Source: Patescibacteria group bacterium (lineage in GTDB: Bacteria > Patescibacteriota > Minisyncoccia > Phycocordibacterales > Phycocordibacteraceae). From it: a stretch of 64,000 nucleotides of DNA. Location: NCBI GenBank assembly GCA_038064495.1, contig JBBTSZ010000002.1, forward strand, positions 16,717 to 80,716, read 5' to 3'. This document shows positions 56,795-64,000 of the stretch, in pieces; the first letter of the stretch is position 1; each line of letters opens with the position of its first letter. The notes beneath the pieces were generated by a model. It ran no database searches. It was not told the origin of the DNA and was given only the letters and a program-made list of their open reading frames with translations. Made by a program: the position numbers and the translations under genes.

Positions 56795-56868
56795 ATTTTC
56801 TGAATTATGTGTTAATATAATTACGGAAGAGCATCCTGCTCGAACGAATCATTGAAAGGGAGAATAGA

Positions 56869-57732
56869 ATGTTACCTAGAAATCGTCGCCTAGCACTGGC
56901 TGAACCAAAGGTTAAGCCAACCGTGCTCCATTGCGGAGTTAGTGCAACAACTCTGTACGACATGAATGATGAACCAGACTCTGAGCTCCTTCTTGGAGAG
57001 GAGTTCCATGTTGTGAGTATCGAAGGTGACAAATGTTGGGGATTTGCTCCGACAACACTCATGCCGGGATATGTGATGGTTGCATCTTTGACCGACACTC
57101 ACGTGGTGCATTCGCACCGCATCATCACGCCGTCAGCCATTGTTCGAGAACAACCACTGGCGAGAAGCAAGGAACTCGATTTGCTCGGTATGAATTCGCT
57201 CATCACGGTCATTAACCACAAGGGAGACTTCCGCCAGATGATAGGTGGCGGTTGGGTTCGGGTGGCAGATACCCGTGAAGTCATGCGTGGCAAATACGAC
57301 TGGGTTGCTCTTGCTGAGCAGCTTGTTGGGCTGGCCTATAAATGGGCCGGCCGGAATACGTCGCGCGCGAAAGAGGGTGGCATCGACTGTTCTGGACTCG
57401 TGAACATTGTTCGGCTTGCTGCGCATCGGGACCCGGTACCGCACAATGCTGGCCGTATGTTCACCGAACTCCTCGAGAAGAAACAAGCACAACTTGTTCT
57501 ACCTGAAGGAGAAGCCTACATGCCGAGCATTCATGTCATCCAACGCGGTGACTTGGTGTTCTGGAAAGGGCATGTGGGAATCATGACGTCCGAATACGAC
57601 ATGATTCATGCGACCGTTGACTTCGGCAAGGTGGTGGCTGAACCGCTCAGGGAAGTCATCGGCCGTCGTCGTGAAAAGGGCAAGGGCGATGTCACCGGCA
57701 TTCTCCGCTTCAAACGAAACAATGTTCTCTAA
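56869..57732 (+). CDS. NlpC/P60 (C40) peptidase with SH3-like N-terminal region
   Basis: SELLLGE, Y.WAG, GIDCSGLV (Cys), GDLVFWKGHVG (His), IHA; no signal peptide; GAAAGGGAG SD. Confidence 0.85.
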   Translation: MLPRNRRLALAEPKVKPTVLHCGVSATTLYDMNDEPDSELLLGEEFHVVSIEGDKCWGFAPTTLMPGYVMVASLTDTHVVHSHRIITPSAIVREQPLARSKELDLLGMNSLITVINHKGDFRQMIGGGWVRVADTREVMRGKYDWVALAEQLVGLAYKWAGRNTSRAKEGGIDCSGLVNIVRLAAHRDPVPHNAGRMFTELLEKKQAQLVLPEGEAYMPSIHVIQRGDLVFWKGHVGIMTSEYDMIHATVDFGKVVAEPLREVIGRRREKGKGDVTGILRFKRNNVL

Positions 57733-57737
57733 CCTCG

Positions 57738-57765
57738 GGGCGCAGACAGAATGTCTGCGCCCTTT
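57738..57765 (+). terminator. Terminator after NlpC/P60 gene
   Basis: GGGCGCAGACA-GAA-TGTCTGCGCCCTTT. Confidence 0.8.
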
Positions 57766-57863
57766 GCTTTTTCCTGACTTTTTCCGTATCTTGTACCTAA
57801 CGCCTCGGCGGGCTTTTTAATTTACCAACGCCTCAAACAAGCATTTCGCTTACCAGTATCCTT

Positions 57864-60011
<2,148 letters not shown>

Positions 60012-60031
60012 AGATCCTCTCTACTCTAGTG

Positions 60032-60059
60032 AACAAAAGCGCCTAACGGCGCTTTTGTT
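60032..60059. terminator. Terminator after fusA
   Basis: AACAAAAGCGCC-TAAC-GGCGCTTTTGTT. Confidence 0.8.
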
Positions 60060-60134
60060 GTAGGTGTAGAAGTCACCTGCTTGACGATAGCGAAAGAGAC
60101 TTGATAATAAGCGCATAGCTATAAGAAATCTCGC

Positions 60135-60404
60135 ATGTTTGAAACCCCTTTTAAGAAAAGTGTCCCTACAGAAGAGGCCCCAGCACCTTGGGAACCATCG
60201 AACACGGAACTCGCGGTGATGTGCCAGCTTACTGGTACGGACGTACACGCAACTCTCCCTGAGATTCGACAGGCTCTCCGGAAGTCTATTGAAATGGACA
60301 AGCAACACTGGGAGAATGCTGAGGGTAAGAGCGCTTTCGACGGACTCGCACGTACCTTTCCAGACAATGCCACCGTAATTGAATGGGCTAGCAGGGAAGA
60401 CTAA
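60135..60404 (+). CDS. 89-aa orphan protein between fusA and tuf
   Basis: Protein-like ORF bracketed by terminators. Confidence 0.55.
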   Translation: MFETPFKKSVPTEEAPAPWEPSNTELAVMCQLTGTDVHATLPEIRQALRKSIEMDKQHWENAEGKSAFDGLARTFPDNATVIEWASRED

Positions 60405-60424
60405 GAGATTCCTGACCGACGTTA

Positions 60425-60451
60425 AAAATAGCTACCGAAGGTAGCTATTTT
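60425..60451. terminator. Terminator before tuf promoter
   Basis: AAAATAGCTACC-GAA-GGTAGCTATTTT. Confidence 0.8.
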
Positions 60452-60662
60452 GCTTGACCTTTCATTCTACGCCGTGTAACTTTACTTCTAACGCGAGTAC
60501 GGCGCTCTTTTCAATGTTTTTCGGCCATAGGGACGAACAACTGCTGGAAAGGCGCTGCGCGGGGAACGCTTAGCGCCTTGGTCGTCTAGCCTCAGCTTCA
60601 CAGCTGGAGCCGGACAGGCGCGGCAAAAGTTATTACTTTTAGCTACCAGTAATTTTACGCTT

Positions 60663-61862
60663 ATGGCAGATGCATTTGATCGCAGCAAGCCGCACATGAA
60701 CGTAGGAACCATCGGTCACGTGGACCATGGTAAGACCACGCTCACGGCTTCTATCCTCAATGTGCTCAATCTTAACTCCGCAGCAGGCTACAAGGCCCGC
60801 GCTGAGAAGGTTGAGAACATCGACAACGCTCCAGAAGAGAAAGCTCGTGGAATCACGATCGCTCTTCACCACTCTGAGTACGAGACACCGAATCGTCACT
60901 ACGCTCACATTGACGCTCCGGGTCACGCTGACTACATCAAGAACATGATTACGGGTGCTGCCCAGATGGATGGTGCAGTACTTGTAGTCGCCGCGACCGA
61001 CGGCGCAATGCCCCAGACGCGCGAGCACATCCTTCTTGCAAAGCAGGTGGGTGTACCTCGTCTCATTGTTTTCCTTAACAAAGTGGACATGGTTGATGAT
61101 AAGGACATGGTGGATCTCGTTGAAGAGGAAATCCGCGACCTTCTCGCCAAGCAGGGCTTCGATAAGGACACTCCTGTCGTGAAGGGTTCTGGTCTCAAGG
61201 CGCTTGAGGCTACTGACGCTTCTGACGAATGGGCTCTTAAGGTAAAGGAACTCGTCGACACGATGGATTCTTACTTCCCAGACCCAGTTCGTGAGACGGA
61301 CAAGCCGTTCCTTATGCCAATCGAGGACATCTTCTCAATTGAAGGACGCGGAACCGTCGTTACCGGCCGTATCGAACGAGGTATGGTCAAGGTAGGTGAA
61401 GAAGTTGAAATTGTCGGCCTTCAGCCAACAACCAAGACGACCATCACCGGTATTGAAATGTTCAACAAGCAGCTTCAGGAAGGACAGGCTGGCGACAACG
61501 CAGGTATCCTTCTTCGTGGAACGAAGAAGGAGGACGTGCATCGCGGTCAGGTGCTTGCGAAGACCGGTACGGTTACTCCGCACACTGACTTTGAAGCAGA
61601 GGTCTACATCCTTTCTAAGGATGAGGGTGGTCGTCACACACCATTCTTCTCTGGCTACAAGCCACAATTCTACATCCGAACAACGGACGTTACTGGAGAG
61701 GTAACGCTCGCTGAAGGAAAGGAAATGGTTATGCCAGGAGACACGGTTACCTTCAAGGTAAAGCTCACGGCACCTATCGCACTTGAGGACAATACCCGCT
61801 TCGCTATTCGCGAAGGAGGTAAGACCGTTGGTGCTGGTGTGGTGACGAAGATCACTGCGTAA
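60663..61862 (+). CDS. tuf: Elongation factor Tu
   Basis: [39 protein letters not shown]. Confidence 0.98.
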   Translation: MADAFDRSKPHMNVGTIGHVDHGKTTLTASILNVLNLNSAAGYKARAEKVENIDNAPEEKARGITIALHHSEYETPNRHYAHIDAPGHADYIKNMITGAAQMDGAVLVVAATDGAMPQTREHILLAKQVGVPRLIVFLNKVDMVDDKDMVDLVEEEIRDLLAKQGFDKDTPVVKGSGLKALEATDASDEWALKVKELVDTMDSYFPDPVRETDKPFLMPIEDIFSIEGRGTVVTGRIERGMVKVGEEVEIVGLQPTTKTTITGIEMFNKQLQEGQAGDNAGILLRGTKKEDVHRGQVLAKTGTVTPHTDFEAEVYILSKDEGGRHTPFFSGYKPQFYIRTTDVTGEVTLAEGKEMVMPGDTVTFKVKLTAPIALEDNTRFAIREGGKTVGAGVVTKITA

Positions 61863-61885
61863 AATAGCCTGCTACTATTACTCGT

Positions 61886-62248
61886 ATGGCTACCACCGCG
61901 AAGAAAACAACGAAGAAAGCAGCAGCCGCTGAGGCTGCGGCTGAGCCCAAGCTTCGCATCCGTGTCCGAGCCTATGAGCATAAAATCCTCGATCTTTCGG
62001 TGAAGCAGATTATGGATACTGCGAATCGCTTTGATGCGAAAATCGTAGGACCCGTACCGCTTCCAACTGAGATAAAGCGATGGACCGTGAATCGCTCAAC
62101 GTTCGTCCACAAAGACGCGCGCGAGCAGTTTGAGATGCGCATTCACAAGCGACTCATTGATATTCTTTCTCCAAACCCAAAGGTTATTGAGGCTCTTACG
62201 AATCTCAATCTACCGTCGGGCGTCACGATTGATGTGAAGATGGTGTAA
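61886..62248 (+). CDS. rpsJ: 30S ribosomal protein S10
   Basis: LRIR.RAY, GPVPLPT, AREQFEMRIHKRLIDI. Confidence 0.97.
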   Translation: MATTAKKTTKKAAAAEAAAEPKLRIRVRAYEHKILDLSVKQIMDTANRFDAKIVGPVPLPTEIKRWTVNRSTFVHKDAREQFEMRIHKRLIDILSPNPKVIEALTNLNLPSGVTIDVKMV

Positions 62249-62250
62249 GG

Positions 62251-62375
62251 AAGTGCTTCCAAAAGTTCTCCACTGACTTTGTTATCGTTCGGAAAATATC
62301 TTTCACCGTACCAGCACGTACGACTCAAGATATTTTCCTCCGACGCCTCGTCATTGAAGTTTTTTGAAAACACTT
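62251..62375 (+). repeat. ERIC-like palindromic element copy 6 (2 nt after rpsJ stop)
   Basis: 125 bp; AAGTGCTTCCAAAAG...CACTGACTTTGTT...TCACCGTAC..GTACGACTC...CGCCTCGTCATTG...TTTTTGAAAACACTT. Confidence 0.8.
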
Positions 62376-62388
62376 AGTAAAGAAGAAA

Positions 62389-62426
62389 CAAAAGCAAAAC
62401 CGCCCGAAAGGGCGGTTTTGCTTTTG
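62389..62426. terminator. Terminator after tuf-rpsJ
   Basis: CAAAAGCAAAACCGCCC-GAAA-GGGCGGTTTTGCTTTTG. Confidence 0.85.
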
Positions 62427-62488
62427 ACTTTTGTAATACCTTGTTGTATAAAGCCGTTGTGCAGCCAGGTCTGCAGAAAGGGTTTGAG

Positions 62489-62938
62489 ATGTCTAATTTT
62501 TTGAAGTGGAGCACCAGCTTCACCATTCTGTACCTTATCGCTGTCGTGTTCGGATACCTCACCGGAGATCTCCTTCGTGGCATCGTTTTAGCTGTTCTCA
62601 CAATCATCGGGTTAGCACTCACTGGTGCACTTGCGTGGCCGGAATTACACATCGGCTTCGCAAGCTGTTGCGGGGTGCTCGTCGCCAGATCGGCAACAGC
62701 TGCATTGAATCCTGTGCTGTCGCCGACTTCTCTCGAGATCGGTATTGGGGTCGCGTGCGCAATTGTGGGAAGCGTTTGTGGTTTTGTGGCGCTCTACCTT
62801 GCCTCGTTCAATCCTGTGAAGGCTGAAGACGAGAAGGGCTGGGACTGCTTTGCCGCGTCCTTGCCGTTCGGTGTCGGCACCATCCTCGGCGGGGCAATCC
62901 TTCTCTATCGGCGCTGGTACAAGCCGGCTACGGTCTGA
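62489..62938 (+). CDS. Orphan polytopic membrane protein
   Basis: About 5 hydrophobic segments; AGAAAGGG SD before ATG 62489; terminator follows. Confidence 0.65.
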   Translation: MSNFLKWSTSFTILYLIAVVFGYLTGDLLRGIVLAVLTIIGLALTGALAWPELHIGFASCCGVLVARSATAALNPVLSPTSLEIGIGVACAIVGSVCGFVALYLASFNPVKAEDEKGWDCFAASLPFGVGTILGGAILLYRRWYKPATV

Positions 62939-62955
62939 TCCAAGCAATCGAACTC

Positions 62956-62990
62956 AAACGGGCGCGGAGAAATCCGCGCCCGTTTTATTT
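62956..62990 (+). terminator. Intrinsic terminator
   Basis: AAACGGGCGCGGA-GAAA-TCCGCGCCCGTTTTATTT. Confidence 0.85.
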
Positions 62991-63023
62991 TCCTCCGTCT
63001 AAAAGGCCGGCTTTACGTTATAT

Positions 63024-63049
63024 AAAAGGCGGGACTTGCGTCCCGCCTT
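63024..63049 (-). terminator. Terminator for minus-strand small peptide gene
   Basis: Minus strand AAGGCGGGACGCAAGTCCCGCCTTTT followed by ATAT. Confidence 0.7.
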
Positions 63050-63073
63050 CGTCTTTGCGACGACCGCGTGTCG

Positions 63074-63265
63074 TCAGAGTGTTTCGGTGCTGAGCCAGCA
63101 TTCGGAGCGAATGTCTGCCCAACCCTCGGATTGAATGTCACCACCCCATCCTTCGCGGATTCCGCCATGACCTTCGCTGATGCCGGCGCTTCCTCCATCT
63201 CCGATGAAAACACTACCACCGTCGGATCTTGTGGGACGCTTGGTCCCACCCCATCCTTCGCGCAT
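63074..63265 (-). CDS. 63-aa Gly-rich peptide with repeated (R/S)EGW motifs
   Basis: AGAAAGGAG SD 6 nt before ATG 63265; MREGWGGTKRPTRSDGGSVFIGDGGSAGISEGHGGIREGWGGDIQSEGWADIRSECWLSTETL; own extended -10 and terminator. Confidence 0.65.
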   Translation of the reverse strand: MREGWGGTKRPTRSDGGSVFIGDGGSAGISEGHGGIREGWGGDIQSEGWADIRSECWLSTETL

Positions 63266-63453
63266 GATTTTCTCCTTTCTGACCGCACAATCGGGTCTGT
63301 TCGAAGCATAGCACCAGAATTTGCATTTGGGAGGCACCACCTGTATAGTCCCTAAGTCGCTATGTACGAGCTTTTGGCTCGGACCAATGGCCGGGAGAGC
63401 TCTCTGGAGCTCCTAACCGCGCTGTTGTACAGCGCGATTTCTATTTTTACTGC

Positions 63454-64000
63454 ATGAAATTTATCCTCGCCCGAAAAGGTCGCATGACTCAAGTCTTCGA
63501 AGAAGATGGTCGTGTTAATGCTGGAACCGTTCTTACGGTAGGCCAGAACATTGTCACGCAGGTGAAGAGTGCGACCACGGATGGCTACGGAGCGGTTCAG
63601 ATTGGCTACGAGGTTCAGAAACTCGCGCGCGTGAACAAGCCTCAGGCAACGAAGGCATTTAAAGTACTCAAGGAATTCCGTACGGATACCCCAGAAGCGT
63701 TTACTGTCGGCAGTGAACTCACGATTGATACCTTCGCTGAAGGCGAGACCATTCAGGTTGCCGGTACCTCAAAGGGTAAGGGCTTCCAGGGTGTCGTGAA
63801 GCGTCATGGTTTCAAGGGAGGTCGACGTTCTCACGGCCAGAAGCACTCAGAGCGTGAGGCTGGTTCTATCGGCGGTGGTCCTGGACGTGCTGGTGGTCGC
63901 GTGACCCTCGGCATGAAGATGGCTGGGCGTATGGGTGGCGACCGTGTTACGGTAACGAATCTCAGGGTGCTCCGCGTTGACCCGGCAAACAGCCAGATAA
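63454..64000 (+). CDS. rplC: 50S ribosomal protein L3 (partial, runs off window end)
   Basis: Manual translation: MKFILARKGRMTQVF...DGYGAVQIG...GTSKGKGFQGVVKRHGF...MAGRMG. Confidence 0.96.
   Translation, partial: MKFILARKGRMTQVFEEDGRVNAGTVLTVGQNIVTQVKSATTDGYGAVQIGYEVQKLARVNKPQATKAFKVLKEFRTDTPEAFTVGSELTIDTFAEGETIQVAGTSKGKGFQGVVKRHGFKGGRRSHGQKHSEREAGSIGGGPGRAGGRVTLGMKMAGRMGGDRVTVTNLRVLRVDPANSQI

Noticed and set aside
63013-63355. Alternative frames 63013-63309(-) and 63068-63355(+)
   Set aside because: They lack an SD or cross the terminator; the SD, repeat periodicity and terminator all favour 63074-63265.

Overview
Core-chromosome window of a small-genome Patescibacteria (CPR) bacterium, most likely Parcubacteria/Paceibacteria (inferred from gene content and protein style; standard genetic code, TGA is used as stop). 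1-11.9 kb (- strand) is the Patescibacteria T4SS-like cluster: VirB2-like pilin, VirB4 ATPase, PrgI, VirB6-like and VirB5/TrbJ-like proteins. Housekeeping and DNA-uptake genes follow (rsmA, pcrA, M23/LysM, comM, rpsO, xer, xth, cca, yraN), then four CCA-less tRNA genes and a small accessory island (27.9-31.8 kb). The rest holds hup, rny, clpP, ppa, nusA, a type IV pilus block (pilB, pilC, three minor pilins), tpiA, pgk, recJ, rnhA, a split comEC, sod, rpmB, and a str/S10 region broken up by orphan genes. The most notable non-obvious signals are: six 121-127 bp ERIC-like palindromic elements, five beginning at or just after a stop codon in the same orientation; five parS-like sites within 1.06 kb, four inside the cca ORF; at least 16 genes with a -10 box exactly 6 nt before the start codon (leaderless signature), while strong Shine-Dalgarno sites occur mainly on orphan genes; anti-tRNA and extended-stem structures around tRNA genes; a tRNA-adjacent HTH-LAGLIDADG-like gene; an unannotated 63-aa EGW-repeat peptide gene; and an unusual uS12. 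All calls were made by eye, with no database searches or computation.
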